Shown: positions 1 to 11,463 of the stretch, one piece after another
Position numbering within the stretch: position 1 is the first letter of the stretch
Layout: every line of letters starts with the position of its first letter
NCBI GenBank assembly: GCA_016871275.1
Contig: VFZG01000016.1
Span: forward strand, 2,045 to 66,044
DNA from: Acidimicrobiia bacterium
GTDB taxonomy: Bacteria; Acidobacteriota; Vicinamibacteria; Vicinamibacterales; UBA2999
Direction of reading: 5' to 3'
Length of the DNA stretch: 64,000 nucleotides
Made by a program: the position numbers and the translations under genes
The notes under the pieces: generated by a model
What the model was told of the DNA's origin: nothing
Seen by the model: only the letters and a program-made list of their open reading frames with translations
Database searches by the model: none

Positions 1-462
1 GAGGCGATGGTGCGTCAGGCGATTACCTCGGGGGCCGCGCGCGACAGGCTGCGGCACATGATCAGGTGTCAGGGCGGCGATGCCACGGTGGTCGATGACC
101 CCGGCACGTTGCCGCGCGCCGGGCACACCCATCACGTGACGGCGGCGAAGTCGGGTTACCTGCAGTCGCTGGATGCGTTGCTGGTCGGCCGCACGGCGGT
201 CGCGCTCGGCGCCGGCCGCGACAAGAAGGGCGACTCCGTGGACCTGTCAGCCGGCATTCTGGTGCACAAGAAGCCCGGCGACGCGGTCAGCGCCGGCGAA
301 CCCATTCTCGAGTTGCACTACAACGATGAAGGACGGCTCGGCGCCGCGGTGCAGCTGGCGACCCAGGCCGCCGTGATCGGCGACAAGGCGCCGGCGGACA
401 CCCCGCTCATCATGGGCTGGGTGCACGACCGCGGCGAACAGATGTTCGTCGCGCTCCCGTAG
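1..462 (+). CDS. deoA: thymidine/pyrimidine-nucleoside phosphorylase, C-terminal fragment (5' end lies outside the window)
   Basis: Frame 1 is open from base 1. The tail ...CQGGD...AKSGYLQSLDALLVGRTAVALGAGR...AGILVHKKPGDAVSAGEPILELH matches the C-terminal alpha/beta domain of pyrimidine-nucleoside phosphorylases. Followed by nupC, punA and cdd. Confidence 0.8.
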   Translation, partial: EAMVRQAITSGAARDRLRHMIRCQGGDATVVDDPGTLPRAGHTHHVTAAKSGYLQSLDALLVGRTAVALGAGRDKKGDSVDLSAGILVHKKPGDAVSAGEPILELHYNDEGRLGAAVQLATQAAVIGDKAPADTPLIMGWVHDRGEQMFVALP

Positions 463-489
463 GCGCCCAGGCACCGCAGGCATACACTT

Positions 490-1737
490 ATGGACCTTCT
501 GGCGACGATTCAACCGCTCATCGGCCTGGCCGGCATCCTTGGCATCGCCTACCTGTTGTCCACCGACCGCCGCGCGATCAGCCTGCGCATTGTCGGGTGG
601 GGACTCGGACTGCAGGTGTTGTTTGCGCTCATCGTCCTCAAGACCGAGGTCGGCATCCAGGCCTTCCAGTGGCTGGGGCAGAAGATCCAGGACCTGCTGC
701 ACTACTCCGTCGAGGGCTCGCGGTTCGTGTTCGGCCCGCTCGGCGATAGGGCGATCTGGTCGACAGTGATGACCGGCGCGTTGGGGGAAGCGGGCGGGCA
801 GTACGCGGTCATCTTCGCGTTCCAGATTGCGCCGACCATCATCTTCATCGCGGCGCTGTTTGCGATTCTCTATTTCCTCGGCGTGATGCAGGTCGTTGTC
901 CAGGCGTTCGCGGTGGGCATGAACAAGATCATGGGCGCGAGCGGAGCCGAATCGCTGAATGTCGCCGCCAGCATCTTCATGGGCCAGACTGAAGCGCCGC
1001 TGACCATTCGCCCGTTCCTGGCGCGCATGACGCAGTCGGAGCTGATGACGGTGATGACGTCGGGGATGGCGCATATTTCCGGCGGCATCATGGCCGCCTA
1101 CATCGCGTTCGGCATCGAGGCGCGCCACCTGCTGACGGCGGTGATCATGACCGCGCCCGGCACGCTGATGATGGCGAAGATGTTCGTACCGGAGACCGAA
1201 ACGCCTGAGACGCGCGGCAGCGTCAAGCTCGAGATCGAGAAGACCGACGTCAACCTCATCGATGCGGCCGGCCGCGGCACCTCGGAAGGCCTGCACCTGG
1301 CGATGAACGTGATTGCGATGTTGATTTCGTTTGTCGCCCTGATCTTCCTGGTCAACGGCATCCTGGGCACCGTCGGCCTGTCGCTGCAGATGATGTTCGG
1401 TTGGGTGTTCGCGCCGGTGGCCTGGAGCCTCGGCGTACCGTGGCGGGACGCGGCGACGGTCGGCAACCTGCTCGGCACGCGCATGGTGCTGAACGAATTC
1501 ATCGCCTTCGCGCAACTGGGCGCCCTCAAGGACACGCTCGATCCGCGGTCGTTCACGATTGCGACGTTCGCGCTGTGCGGGTTTGCGAACTTCGCATCGA
1601 TCGGCATGCAGATTGGCGGCATTGGCGCGCTGGCGCCGACCCGTCGCTCCGACCTGGCGCGGCTGGGCCTGCGCGCCATGCTGGCGGGAACCCTGGCCAA
1701 CTTCGTGACGGCGATTATCGTGAGCTTCTTGTTATAG
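490..1737 (+). CDS. nupC: concentrative nucleoside transporter (NupC/CNT family)
   Basis: 415-aa polytopic membrane protein with CNT-like layout (N-terminal helices, SRFVFGPLG, central and C-terminal CNT regions). Sits in a nucleoside salvage context. Confidence 0.85.
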   Translation: MDLLATIQPLIGLAGILGIAYLLSTDRRAISLRIVGWGLGLQVLFALIVLKTEVGIQAFQWLGQKIQDLLHYSVEGSRFVFGPLGDRAIWSTVMTGALGEAGGQYAVIFAFQIAPTIIFIAALFAILYFLGVMQVVVQAFAVGMNKIMGASGAESLNVAASIFMGQTEAPLTIRPFLARMTQSELMTVMTSGMAHISGGIMAAYIAFGIEARHLLTAVIMTAPGTLMMAKMFVPETETPETRGSVKLEIEKTDVNLIDAAGRGTSEGLHLAMNVIAMLISFVALIFLVNGILGTVGLSLQMMFGWVFAPVAWSLGVPWRDAATVGNLLGTRMVLNEFIAFAQLGALKDTLDPRSFTIATFALCGFANFASIGMQIGGIGALAPTRRSDLARLGLRAMLAGTLANFVTAIIVSFLL

Positions 1738-1762
1738 GCCATCAGGCCATCGGGCCAGCAGG
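1737..1762 (+). repeat. tandem octamer repeat (GGCCATCR)x3 at the nupC stop / punA start junction
   Basis: ggccatca ggccatcg ggccagca gg read directly. Begins on the last base of the nupC TAG and runs into the AGGAAAG Shine-Dalgarno of punA. Confidence 0.9.
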
Positions 1763-1767
1763 AAAGA

Positions 1768-2604
1768 ATGCAGATAGATCAGAGTCGTTCTCAATTTGAT
1801 CGCGCTACCGAGGCGGCTGAGTGGCTGCGCAGGCAGGGAGCGGGTGGCACCAGCGTTGCCGTCGTGCTCGGGTCCGGCCTCGGTGATTTTGCCGATCATC
1901 TCGAAGGGGCCGCCAGCATTCCGTACGGCGATATTCCCCACTGGCCCGCCTCGAGTGTGATCGGGCATGCGGGCAAGCTGGTGATCGGGACGCTCGAGGG
2001 CCGCAAGGTGCTGGCGCTTTCTGGGCGCGTGCACCAGTACGAAGGCCACGACATGGAGACCGTGACCTTCGCGATGCGCGTGCTGGGACGCCTTGGCGTG
2101 CCGCGCGTCATCCTCACCAATGCCGCCGGCGGGATTTCCCCGCAGTGCTCGCGCGGCGCGCTGATGGTGATCGACGATCACATCAACCTGATGGGCAACA
2201 ACCCGCTGGTCGGGCCCAACGACGAGCGCTTCGGCCTGCGCTTCCCGGACATGACCGAGGTCTACGCGGCGCGATTGCGCGCGATCGCCGACGCGGCGGC
2301 CGCCGCGCAGGGCGTGACGATTCAACATGGCGTCTACGTGGCGGTGCTCGGTCCCAGCTACGAAACACCCGCGGAGATCCGCGCGTTCCGCGCCCTTGGC
2401 GCCGACGCGGTCGGCATGTCCACCGCGCCGGAAGCGATTGTCGCCCGTCACATGCAGATGGAAGTGCTGGGCATCTCCTGCATCACCAACGCCGCGGCCG
2501 GGGTATTCCCGGAGCCCCTGCATCACTCGGAGGTGATGGAGACCGCGCGGCAGGTAAAGGGGCAGTTCATCGCGCTGCTCGAGGGCATCATTGGCCGGCT
2601 CTGA
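1768..2604 (+). CDS. punA: purine nucleoside phosphorylase (trimeric PNP-I family)
   Basis: 278 aa. VVLGSGLG, GRVHQYEG and MSTAPE motifs are typical of PunA/XapA-type PNP. Confidence 0.85.
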   Translation: MQIDQSRSQFDRATEAAEWLRRQGAGGTSVAVVLGSGLGDFADHLEGAASIPYGDIPHWPASSVIGHAGKLVIGTLEGRKVLALSGRVHQYEGHDMETVTFAMRVLGRLGVPRVILTNAAGGISPQCSRGALMVIDDHINLMGNNPLVGPNDERFGLRFPDMTEVYAARLRAIADAAAAAQGVTIQHGVYVAVLGPSYETPAEIRAFRALGADAVGMSTAPEAIVARHMQMEVLGISCITNAAAGVFPEPLHHSEVMETARQVKGQFIALLEGIIGRL

Positions 2605-2989
2605 TCCGTTGGTCGCTGCGGCACGCGCGGCGCGTGAGCACGCGGTGTGCGATTTCTCGCATTTCAAGGTCGGCGCCGCGCTCGAGACCGACACCGGCGA
2701 AATCATCTCCGGCTGCAACATTGAGAACGCCACCTATGGACTGACGGTGTGCGCCGAGCGGGTGGCGATTTTCAAGGCGCTGTCCGAAGGTCGGCGCTCG
2801 TTCCGGCGCATCGCGGTGGTTGCCGACACCAGCGCGCCGACCCCGCCCTGTGGCGCCTGCCGGCAGATCATCTGGGAGTTCTGCGGCGATATCCCGGTGG
2901 TCATCGCCAACCTGTCCGAGATCACGGCAACGCTGCGGATGAACGAGTTGTTGCCGCTGCCATTCGACAAGAGGCTCCTGGGAGGGTAA
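2591..2989 (+). CDS. cdd: cytidine deaminase
   Basis: 132 aa. Zinc ligand motifs CAERVA and PCGACRQ. The start is a TTG at 2591 overlapping the punA stop; a TTG at 2609 is an alternative. Confidence 0.85.
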   Translation: MAGSDPLVAAARAAREHAVCDFSHFKVGAALETDTGEIISGCNIENATYGLTVCAERVAIFKALSEGRRSFRRIAVVADTSAPTPPCGACRQIIWEFCGDIPVVIANLSEITATLRMNELLPLPFDKRLLGG

Positions 2990-3014
2990 CGCGCCCCGGT
3001 ATGATCACCTAACG

Positions 3015-4070
3015 ATGCTTCCCACAATTGCTTGGCAGGGCGATGACCTCGTCATGGTCGATCAGCGCAAGCTGCCGGCCGACGAGATCTACGTCACCTG
3101 CAAGAACATCAACGACGTGGCCAAGGCCATCAAGACGATGGTGATTCGCGGCGCGCCGGCGATTGGCGTCTGCGCGGCAATGGGCCTGGCGCTCGGCGCG
3201 GCACGCAGCAAGGCGACCGGCACCAGGCAGTTCACGACCGAGTTCCAGCGCAATTGCGAGCAGCTGGCCGCGACGCGGCCGACCGCCGTCAACCTGTTCT
3301 GGGCGATCGAGCGCATGAAACGCGCGTTCGCCGATGGCGCCTTCGCCGGCGAATCCGTCGATCAGCTCAAGGTGCGGCTGCGGGCTGAGGCGGACCGGAT
3401 TCATGACGATGATGTGGCGAACTGCAAGGCCATCGGCGCGCACGGCGCGGCGCTCGTGCCGGCCGAGGCGCGCATCCTGACGCACTGCAATGCCGGCGCC
3501 CTGGCGGCGGCTGGCTATGGCACCGCGCTGGGCGTGATCCGCGGCGCCGTGGAGGCGGGGCGGAAGGTGACGGTGCTCGCCGATGAAACACGCCCGTTCC
3601 TGCAAGGCGCCCGGCTGACGGCGTGGGAGCTGGTGAAGGACGGTATCGAGACGACCGTCATCACCGACAACATGGCCGGCGCAATCATGCGGGCCGGCGA
3701 CATCGACCTGGTGGTCGTCGGCGCGGATCGCATCGCCGCCAACGGCGACACCGCCAACAAGATTGGCACCTACAGCGTAGCGGTGCTCGCCAGGGAACAC
3801 GGCATTCCGTTCTACGTCGCCGCGCCGTGGTCGACGATCGATCTGGACACCACCGACGGCGATGCCATTCCGATCGAGGAGCGCCATCCTCGAGAGGTCA
3901 CGCACGTCGGGAACAACCAGCTGGCGCCCGAGGGCGCGCACATCAGGAACCCCTCGTTCGACGTGACGCCGCACAAGTACATCACCGCCATCATCACTGA
4001 ACGGGGGGTCTTCCATCCACCCTTCAGCGACAGTCTTGCCAGCGCTGCCGGCGCGTATCAACGCCGGTGA
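3015..4070 (+). CDS. mtnA: S-methyl-5-thioribose-1-phosphate isomerase
   Basis: 351 aa of the eIF-2B alpha/beta/delta-like family: [41 protein letters not shown]. Confidence 0.85.
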   Translation: MLPTIAWQGDDLVMVDQRKLPADEIYVTCKNINDVAKAIKTMVIRGAPAIGVCAAMGLALGAARSKATGTRQFTTEFQRNCEQLAATRPTAVNLFWAIERMKRAFADGAFAGESVDQLKVRLRAEADRIHDDDVANCKAIGAHGAALVPAEARILTHCNAGALAAAGYGTALGVIRGAVEAGRKVTVLADETRPFLQGARLTAWELVKDGIETTVITDNMAGAIMRAGDIDLVVVGADRIAANGDTANKIGTYSVAVLAREHGIPFYVAAPWSTIDLDTTDGDAIPIEERHPREVTHVGNNQLAPEGAHIRNPSFDVTPHKYITAIITERGVFHPPFSDSLASAAGAYQRR

Positions 4071-4086
4071 GGTTTCGAACCCGTCC

Positions 4087-5142
4087 ATGCCGTTAGTACT
4101 CGGGATTGAGACGTCGTGCGACGAGACGGCGGCCGCGGTGGTGGAAGATGCCGGCGGCCGCTGGTCGATTCGCTCGAACGTCGTCGCGTCGCAAGCCGAC
4201 ATCCATCGCGAGTGGGGCGGCGTGGTGCCCGAGCTGGCGTCACGTCAACACGTCCGCGACATCTGCGGCGTCGTCGAGCGCGCGCTGGCCGATGCGGGCG
4301 TGGCGTGGGATGGCCTCGACGCGCTCGCCGTGACCCAGGGCCCCGGGCTGGTCGGATCGCTCCTCGTGGGCGTGTCGTTCGCCAAGGCTGCCGCCTGGGC
4401 GCTCGACAAGCCGCTGGTCGCCGTCAATCACCTGGCCGGCCACATCGAATCGATCTGGCTCGAACACGGCCCGATCGCGCTGCCGGCGACGGTCCTCGTG
4501 GTATCGGGTGGACATACCAGTCTCTATCTCGTCAGGCACGAGGGCCGCTACGAACTGCTCGGCCGCACGCGCGACGATGCGGCCGGCGAAGCGTACGACA
4601 AGGTGGCGAAGCTGCTGTCGCTCGGCTATCCGGGCGGGCCGATTATCGACACGCTGGCGGCATTGGGGAACGACACCGCGATCCGCTGGCCCGGCACTCG
4701 GCTGACCAATCCCGATCGCAACGCTCCCGAGCGTGACGGCCGGTTCGACTTCAGCTTCAGCGGGTTGAAGACCGCCGTGCTGCGTCACGTACGTCAGCGC
4801 CAATCGGAGTTGGGTGTCGACCAGCTGCCGCAGCACGAGATTGTGGATCTGGCCGCCAGCTTCCAGCGTCGCGTGGTGGAGACACTGATCGATCGTGTCT
4901 TTGCGGCCGCCCGCTGGCACGGCGCTAGGTCGATCGGCATCGCCGGCGGCGTGTCGGCGAATTCGCGGCTTCGCACGGACGCGCTCAAGAAGTCCAAGCG
5001 CAGCGAGATCCCCGTCTACATCCCGCGCCTGTCGCTGTCGACCGACAACGCCGCGATGATCGCCGCCGCGGGCATTCGCCGGCTTGCCGATGGACACTTT
5101 GCGCCGGCCGACCTCAATGCCGCCGCGTCGTTGCCGCTGTGA
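4087..5142 (+). CDS. tsaD: tRNA N6-adenosine threonylcarbamoyltransferase
   Basis: [15 protein letters not shown]-terminus and NHLAGHI metal site (Kae1/TsaD family). The ATG at 4087 is preferred over the ORF-track start at 4036, which overlaps mtnA. Confidence 0.9.
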   Translation: MPLVLGIETSCDETAAAVVEDAGGRWSIRSNVVASQADIHREWGGVVPELASRQHVRDICGVVERALADAGVAWDGLDALAVTQGPGLVGSLLVGVSFAKAAAWALDKPLVAVNHLAGHIESIWLEHGPIALPATVLVVSGGHTSLYLVRHEGRYELLGRTRDDAAGEAYDKVAKLLSLGYPGGPIIDTLAALGNDTAIRWPGTRLTNPDRNAPERDGRFDFSFSGLKTAVLRHVRQRQSELGVDQLPQHEIVDLAASFQRRVVETLIDRVFAAARWHGARSIGIAGGVSANSRLRTDALKKSKRSEIPVYIPRLSLSTDNAAMIAAAGIRRLADGHFAPADLNAAASLPL

Positions 5143-5194
5143 TGACGTACGTTCACCACCGAGGACGCCGAGGACTCAGAGCCTCTTGGTACAC

Positions 5195-5617
5195 ATGAAG
5201 TCACACACCGAATACCTGACGTTCAATATTCCCGCGCGAGTCGGCTTCGAGAACATCACGCCGAAGGTTGATGCCGCCGTAAGGAAGAGCGGCGTACAGG
5301 AAGGCATGGTCCTGATCAACGCGATGCATATCACCGCATCTGTGTTCATCAATGATGACGAGAGCGGCCTGCACCAGGATTACGCGAAGTGGCTCGAGGC
5401 GCTCGCGCCGTTCGACGCGTCGCCGGCGCGCTACGCGCACAATCGGACTGGCGAAGACAATGCGGACGCGCACATGAAACGCCAGATCATGGGCCGAGAA
5501 GTCGTCGTGGCGATTACAAAAGGCGAATTGGATTTCGGCCCGTGGGAACAGATCTTCTACGGCGAGTTCGATGGAAGGCGCCACAAACGCGTCCTCATCA
5601 AAGTGATTGGTGAATGA
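5195..5617 (+). CDS. yjbQ: YjbQ/UPF0047 family protein (secondary thiamine-phosphate synthase-like)
   Basis: 140 aa. ...[22 protein letters not shown]...[12 protein letters not shown]...GTWQ-like [13 protein letters not shown] matches YjbQ family signatures. Internal ATG at 5195 chosen. Confidence 0.75.
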   Translation: MKSHTEYLTFNIPARVGFENITPKVDAAVRKSGVQEGMVLINAMHITASVFINDDESGLHQDYAKWLEALAPFDASPARYAHNRTGEDNADAHMKRQIMGREVVVAITKGELDFGPWEQIFYGEFDGRRHKRVLIKVIGE

Positions 5618-5656
5618 AATGCTCGGTGTCCTCATCGTCCTCGGTGGCTAGCGTCC

Positions 5657-6088
5657 GTGGCCCGCGAATATCCTGACCGGCCCGTGGTGGGCGTGGGCGC
5701 GGTGATCGTGCGTGACGGCAAGGCGCTGATCGTCAAGCGTGCGCATGCGCCGCGACAAGGGGAGTGGTCGCTGCCCGGCGGCATGCTCGACCTCGGCGAG
5801 TCGCTCGACGATGCCGTGCGCCGGGAAGTCAGAGAGGAAACCGGCCTCGAGGTCACGCTCGGCCCGATCATCGAGACGTTCGATCGCGTCCATCGTGATG
5901 CGGATGGTCGTGTCCGCTACCACTTCGTGATTGTCGACTACGTGTGCTGGACCTCAGGCGAGCCGATCGCGGGCTCGGATGCCGAGGCCGTCGCCTGGGT
6001 CGCAGCCGACGAGATCGATCGCTACGGCGTCAACCCGCACGCCAAGGCGGTGATCTTGCGCGGCTTGCACTATCATCAGCAGCCATGA
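5657..6088 (+). CDS. NUDIX hydrolase
   Basis: NUDIX box GGMLDLGESLDDAVRREVREETGL (GX5EX7REUXEEXGU). GTG start. Confidence 0.85.
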   Translation: MAREYPDRPVVGVGAVIVRDGKALIVKRAHAPRQGEWSLPGGMLDLGESLDDAVRREVREETGLEVTLGPIIETFDRVHRDADGRVRYHFVIVDYVCWTSGEPIAGSDAEAVAWVAADEIDRYGVNPHAKAVILRGLHYHQQP

Positions 6089-6657
6089 CGGTGACGAGAG
6101 AGGCGGCCTGGCAGCTGCTCACGGAGTGGACGCAGAGCGAGAGCCTGCGCAAACACGCACTGGCGGTGGAGGCGGCGGTTCGCGGCTACGCGCGCCAGCA
6201 GGGCGCGAACGAGGAAGAGTGGGGCGTGGTGGCGCTGCTGCACGATTTCGATTACGAGAAGTATCCGACGCTTGGCGATCATCCGAACAAAGGCTGCGAA
6301 CACCTGCGATCGCTTGGCTATCCGGAATGGGTGATGCGTGCGATCCTGTCCCACGCATCCGAAATTACCGGCGTGCAGCCGGAGACGCCGGTTGAGAAGA
6401 CACTGGTGGCCTGCGACGAGCTGGCCGGCTTCGTGACCGCCGCCTCACTGGTCAGGCCCTCCAAGAGCGTGCTGGACCTCGAGGCCAGGTCGGTGATCAA
6501 GCGCATGAAGGACAAGGCCTTCGCACGGCAGGTGCCGCGCGATCACCTGGTGCGCGGCGCCGAGCTGATGGGCCTGCCGCTCGAAGAGCACGTCACCAAC
6601 GTCATCAATTTCATGCGCGTGCAGGCCGATGCCCTCGGTTTGCGGGGAACGCTCTAG
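6085..6657 (+). CDS. HD-domain phosphohydrolase
   Basis: HD motif LLHDFDY plus downstream His/Asp residues. ATG at 6085 overlaps the NUDIX stop (ATGA). The ORF-track start at 5944 lies inside the NUDIX gene. Confidence 0.7.
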   Translation: MTVTREAAWQLLTEWTQSESLRKHALAVEAAVRGYARQQGANEEEWGVVALLHDFDYEKYPTLGDHPNKGCEHLRSLGYPEWVMRAILSHASEITGVQPETPVEKTLVACDELAGFVTAASLVRPSKSVLDLEARSVIKRMKDKAFARQVPRDHLVRGAELMGLPLEEHVTNVINFMRVQADALGLRGTL

Positions 6658-6698
6658 GGGCCAAGCACGTATATTCAAGCGGACGAACGCGGCGTCGC

Positions 6699-7715
6699 GT
6701 GAGCGAAGCCCGTCGCCCTGACAACCAGCGCCCGATGCCCGACATTTCACCGGCCCCTCCCGTGCAGGATCCCTTCCCGCCAGACCGCTTTGCGGGTCCC
6801 GTGGTCCAGGCCGATCAGCTCGACGTTCGCTACGGCAAGAACGTCGCCCTGAACAATGTCACGGCGGTGTTTCCCACAGGCGCGGTCGGTCTGCTGGGCC
6901 CGAACGGCGCCGGCAAAAGCACGCTCCTCAAATCACTGCTTGGTTTCCTGGTGCCCGTCAAAGGCTCGATGAAGGTGCTCGGCCTCGACGTGGCGTCATC
7001 GGCCCTCGAGATTCGCGAACGCATCGGCTACATGCCGGAGAGCGACGCCCACATCCCCGGCATGAACGCGGTCACTTTCGTGGCCTACTGCGGCCAGTTG
7101 TCCGGCCTGCCGGCGGTGGATGCCATGCAGCGGGCCCACGAAGTGCTGTACTACGTGGGCCTCGGTGAAGCGCGCTACCGCAACATCGAGACCTACTCGA
7201 CCGGGATGAAGCAGCGCATCAAGCTCGCGCAGGCGATCGTGCACGATCCCGACCTGCTGTTCCTCGACGAGCCGACCAACGGCATGGACCCGAAGGGCCG
7301 CGAGGAGATGCTCGAGCTGATCCACGATCTCGCCCACAACAAGAACGTCAACCTGATTCTGTCGTCACACCTGCTGCCGGACGTCGAGTATACCTGCGAT
7401 CACGTGGTGGTGATGGACAAGGGCACGGTCTCGACCTGCGGTCCGATCGCCGCGCTGAAGGGATCGCACGGCACCGTGTATGAGCTGCGCGTCAAGGGCG
7501 AGCAGGATCGCTTCATCGAGGTGCTGCGCGCCGCCGGCTACGAAGTGGCCGACACCGATGAAGACGTGATGCGCGTGTTCGTGCCCGGCGGCAGCCATCA
7601 CGGCCCGAAGGAGCTGTTTGCCCTGGCGTCGCGCCAGCAGATCCAGGTGCGTCACCTGCGATTGAGCATGCCGACGCTCGAAGACGTGTTTGCCAAGGCG
7701 GTTGGAGAAGCCTGA
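6699..7715 (+). CDS. ABC transporter ATP-binding protein (ABC-2/DrrA-like), copy 1
   Basis: Walker A GPNGAGKST, signature STGMKQR, Walker B LLFLDEP. GTG start; an ATG at 6735 is an alternative. Confidence 0.85.
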   Translation: MSEARRPDNQRPMPDISPAPPVQDPFPPDRFAGPVVQADQLDVRYGKNVALNNVTAVFPTGAVGLLGPNGAGKSTLLKSLLGFLVPVKGSMKVLGLDVASSALEIRERIGYMPESDAHIPGMNAVTFVAYCGQLSGLPAVDAMQRAHEVLYYVGLGEARYRNIETYSTGMKQRIKLAQAIVHDPDLLFLDEPTNGMDPKGREEMLELIHDLAHNKNVNLILSSHLLPDVEYTCDHVVVMDKGTVSTCGPIAALKGSHGTVYELRVKGEQDRFIEVLRAAGYEVADTDEDVMRVFVPGGSHHGPKELFALASRQQIQVRHLRLSMPTLEDVFAKAVGEA

Positions 7716-8550
7716 TGCCGATTCACGACCAGGGCTATCGCCGTTATCTTGGCACCCGCTCCGCGATTGGCGGGTCGTGGCAGGTCATGACGCGGGCCGG
7801 CGTGATGGCGTTGATCAGCAAGCGCCAGTTCATCGGCCTGATGCTGTTCGCCTGGGCGCCGTTCGTGGTCCGCGCGGTGCAGATTTACGTCTCCGCGACG
7901 TTCACGCAGGCGTCATTTCTGGCGCCGAAGGGCGAGACGTTCCGCGAGTTCCTCGATCAGCAGGGCGCGTTCGTGTTCTTCGTCACCATCTGGGTCGGCG
8001 CCGGCCTGATTGCCAACGATCGCCGCGCCAACGCGCTGCAGCTGTACTTGTCGAAGCCGATGACGAGCGCCGAGTACATTGCCGGCAAGCTCACCATCCT
8101 GCTGGTGTTCCTGGTCGGCGTGACGTTCCTGCCCGCGATGATGCTGTTGCTGACGCAGGCGATGTTCGCCGGCAGCCTGACCTTCATTGCCAACAACCTC
8201 TATCTGCTGCCGGCCATCACGCTGTTCTCAATCGCGCAGGTGCTGCTCGCCGCCACCACCATGCTGGCGCTGTCGTCGCTGTCGAAGAGCAGCCGCTTCG
8301 TGGCGGTGATGTATACCGGGTTGTTCTTTTTCACCACCGCGCTGTTCAACGCGCTGCGCGGCATCACCGGCCGCAGCTCGTTTGCGTGGTTGTCGCCCAG
8401 CGCCTCGCTGGAACAGCTCGGCGACGTGATCTTCAGGCTCGAGCCGCGCTACCAGTTGTCGCCGGCGATTGCCGGCCTCGCGGTGGTCGTGATGATTGCC
8501 GGATCGATCTGGATCCTGACTCGCAAGGTCCGCGGCGTGGAGATCGTGAC

Positions 8551-8554
<4 letters not shown>
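7715..8554 (+). CDS. ABC-2 type transporter permease, copy 1
   Basis: 279 aa with about 6 predicted TM helices. Start overlaps the upstream stop (TGATG) and the stop overlaps the next start. Confidence 0.7.
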
Positions 8555-9516
<962 letters not shown>

Positions 9517-9521
9517 CAACC

Positions 9522-9563
9522 GGCCATCAGGCCATCGGGCCATCGGGCCATCAGGCCGGCCGG
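9522..9563 (+). repeat. tandem octamer repeat (GGCCATCR)x4 plus one degenerate unit, at the ATPase-2 stop / permease-2 start junction
   Basis: ggccatca ggccatcg ggccatcg ggccatca ggccggcc gg. Same unit as at 1737-1762. Confidence 0.9.
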
Positions 9564-9569
9564 CAGACG

Positions 9570-10379
9570 ATGTCGTTCTTCGCCGCGTCGCGCCGCGTGT
9601 TCGACCTGTCACTTGGCGAGATGTTGTGGTCGCGCCGCACGATCTTCATGGCGCTGGTGGTCGGCGGGCCGGTGCTGCTGGCCCTGATCGTCAAGGGCAT
9701 CGAGATGTATGGCATGTCGGCGCTGCGCGTGAACGGCCAGCGCGTCGCCGGCTTCGGCATTTTCGGCGTGATGATCTGGATGCTGTTCCTGCGCTTCATC
9801 GTGCCGGTGCTCGGCGTGTTCTACGGCACGGCGCTGATGGCCGATGAAGTCGAAGACAAGACCGTCACCTACCTGTTCACCCGCCCGATTCCACGCGGCG
9901 CGGTGCTGATTGGCAAGTACCTGGCCTACCTGACGTGCACCATGCTCGTGGTGCTGCCGTCGGTGATGATTGTCTACTTCCTGCTGGTGCCGTTCTCGCA
10001 GTTGCCGTCGACGTTCGGCAACCTGCTGATCGACCTCGGGCTGCTCGCCCTGGGCCTGGCCGTCTACGGCGGGGTATTCGCGTTCGTCGGGGCGTTCTTC
10101 AAGCGCCCGCTGGTCATTGGCCTGGTGTTCGCGTTTGGCTGGGAACAGGTCACCCTGGCGCTGCCGGGTTACCTGAAGCAGTTCACGGTCGCCTACTACC
10201 TCCAGGCCCTGGTGCCGCACGCGATGCCCCCGGACGGGGTCACCAGCATCCTCCAGGGCATGTTCCGGGATAATCCGCCCGTTGCCGTGTGTTTGGCGTG
10301 GCTTTTCGCGTATTTGGGCGTGTTTTTGTGGCTGGCCAGCCGGGCTGTCGAGCGTAAGGAATACATCCTCGAACAGTAG
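9570..10379 (+). CDS. ABC-2 type transporter permease, copy 2
   Basis: MSFFAASRRVFDL..., about 6 TM helices, ADEVEDKTVTYLFTRPIPR motif typical of ABC-2 permeases. An alternative ATG at 9513 (ATGA overlap) would add MTTGHQAIGPSGHQAGRQT, encoded entirely by the octamer repeat. Confidence 0.7.
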   Translation: MSFFAASRRVFDLSLGEMLWSRRTIFMALVVGGPVLLALIVKGIEMYGMSALRVNGQRVAGFGIFGVMIWMLFLRFIVPVLGVFYGTALMADEVEDKTVTYLFTRPIPRGAVLIGKYLAYLTCTMLVVLPSVMIVYFLLVPFSQLPSTFGNLLIDLGLLALGLAVYGGVFAFVGAFFKRPLVIGLVFAFGWEQVTLALPGYLKQFTVAYYLQALVPHAMPPDGVTSILQGMFRDNPPVAVCLAWLFAYLGVFLWLASRAVERKEYILEQ

Positions 10380-10470
10380 GTGCCGCCCGGGGCTGTTTGG
10401 ACCCAGAAATCGTGGATTTTCCGGAACTTACGGTGTGAACGGACCGTAAACTGGCTCTAGGGAGACCCGT

Positions 10471-11463
10471 ATGTCGAACAAAAAGACCCGCTATTTTGTC
10501 TCGATTTCGGCCGCAATCCTGGCGGTTGGCCTGGGCACGGGCTTCGTCGCCTCCTACATGGGCCTGCCGGTTTCGGTGTTTTCGAGTTCGGCCGCACCCG
10601 AAGAGCTCCAGTACGTCCCGGCCGACGCCGCAGTGGTCGCCTATGCGAACATCCGCGAGGTCGTGAACTCTGACTTCCGTCAGCGGTTCAAGGACATCGG
10701 CCCCTCGGACAAGGACAACAACGAATTCGAAGAGAAGACCGGCCTCAACCTCGAGCAGGACGTGGATTCGGTCGTCGCCGCGGTGATGCCGAAGGACGGC
10801 ATGGCCAACAACCCGGCGGGCTCCTTCCTGGTGCTGGCCCGCGCGCGCTACCAGGCGTCGCGCCTCGAAGCCCTCGCGCTCGAGCACGGCGCGCAGGTCT
10901 CCGACTACAACGGCAAGCGGCTCATCACCCACAAGGACGAAGACGGCACGGGCGAAGAGATGGCGTTCGGTTTTGTCGACGCCGACCTGGTGGCGTTTGG
11001 TTCGCTGAGCTCGGTGAAGGCGTCGATCGATGCCCGGGCCAGCAACCGCAATGTCGTGTCGAACAACGAGATGATGAAGCTCGTGAACGAGATCGACAAC
11101 GCCAACGCGTGGGCGGTGGGCAAGTTCGATGCGATCGCCGACAAGGCGGGCCTTCCACAGCAGCTGACGCAGGCCCTGCCGGCCATCACCTGGTTCTCGG
11201 CGGCCGGCCACGTCAACGGTGGCATCAGCGGCTCGTTCAAGGCCGAAGCGAAGGACGAGGCGACCGCCAAGAACCTCCGCGACGTGATGGCGGGCTTTTT
11301 GGCGATGGCGAAGATGCAGGCCGCCAGCCAGCCCAGCATGCAGCAGCTGGCCGAGTCGCTGGTGATTTCGGGTGAGGGTAAGACCGTGGCGCTGGCGTTC
11401 TCGATGCCGGGCGAAGTGCTCGACGTGATCGAGGGCCTCGCGAAAGGCCGCAAGGGTTTGTGA
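10471..11463 (+). CDS. hypothetical membrane-anchored periplasmic protein
   Basis: 330 aa. N-terminal TM anchor (FVSISAAILAVGLGTGFVASY), GGGAG Shine-Dalgarno 7 nt upstream. No recognisable catalytic motif. Last gene of the ABC cluster. Confidence 0.6.
   Translation: MSNKKTRYFVSISAAILAVGLGTGFVASYMGLPVSVFSSSAAPEELQYVPADAAVVAYANIREVVNSDFRQRFKDIGPSDKDNNEFEEKTGLNLEQDVDSVVAAVMPKDGMANNPAGSFLVLARARYQASRLEALALEHGAQVSDYNGKRLITHKDEDGTGEEMAFGFVDADLVAFGSLSSVKASIDARASNRNVVSNNEMMKLVNEIDNANAWAVGKFDAIADKAGLPQQLTQALPAITWFSAAGHVNGGISGSFKAEAKDEATAKNLRDVMAGFLAMAKMQAASQPSMQQLAESLVISGEGKTVALAFSMPGEVLDVIEGLAKGRKGL

Noticed and set aside
247-1515. Long antisense ORF (422 aa) opposite nupC. Similar long ORFs: 12589-14082(-), 15276-16802(+), 32175-33818(+), 35373-37037(-), 37132-38484(+), 38581-40056(+), 40601-43933(+), 45040-47868(-), 51133-53328(-), 53344-54393(-), 57395-59512(-), 60078-61088(-), 62022-63200(-).
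   Set aside because: Their translations are Arg/Ala/Gly/Pro/His-rich low-complexity strings with no motifs. Each lies exactly opposite a gene with clear family signatures. These are typical stop-codon-poor shadow frames of GC-rich DNA.
10427-10434. Palindrome TTCCGGAA in two intergenic regions (10427 and 48521) as a shared operator.
   Set aside because: The same octamer also occurs inside a coding region (about 46438). With only two intergenic copies, the signal is indistinguishable from chance.
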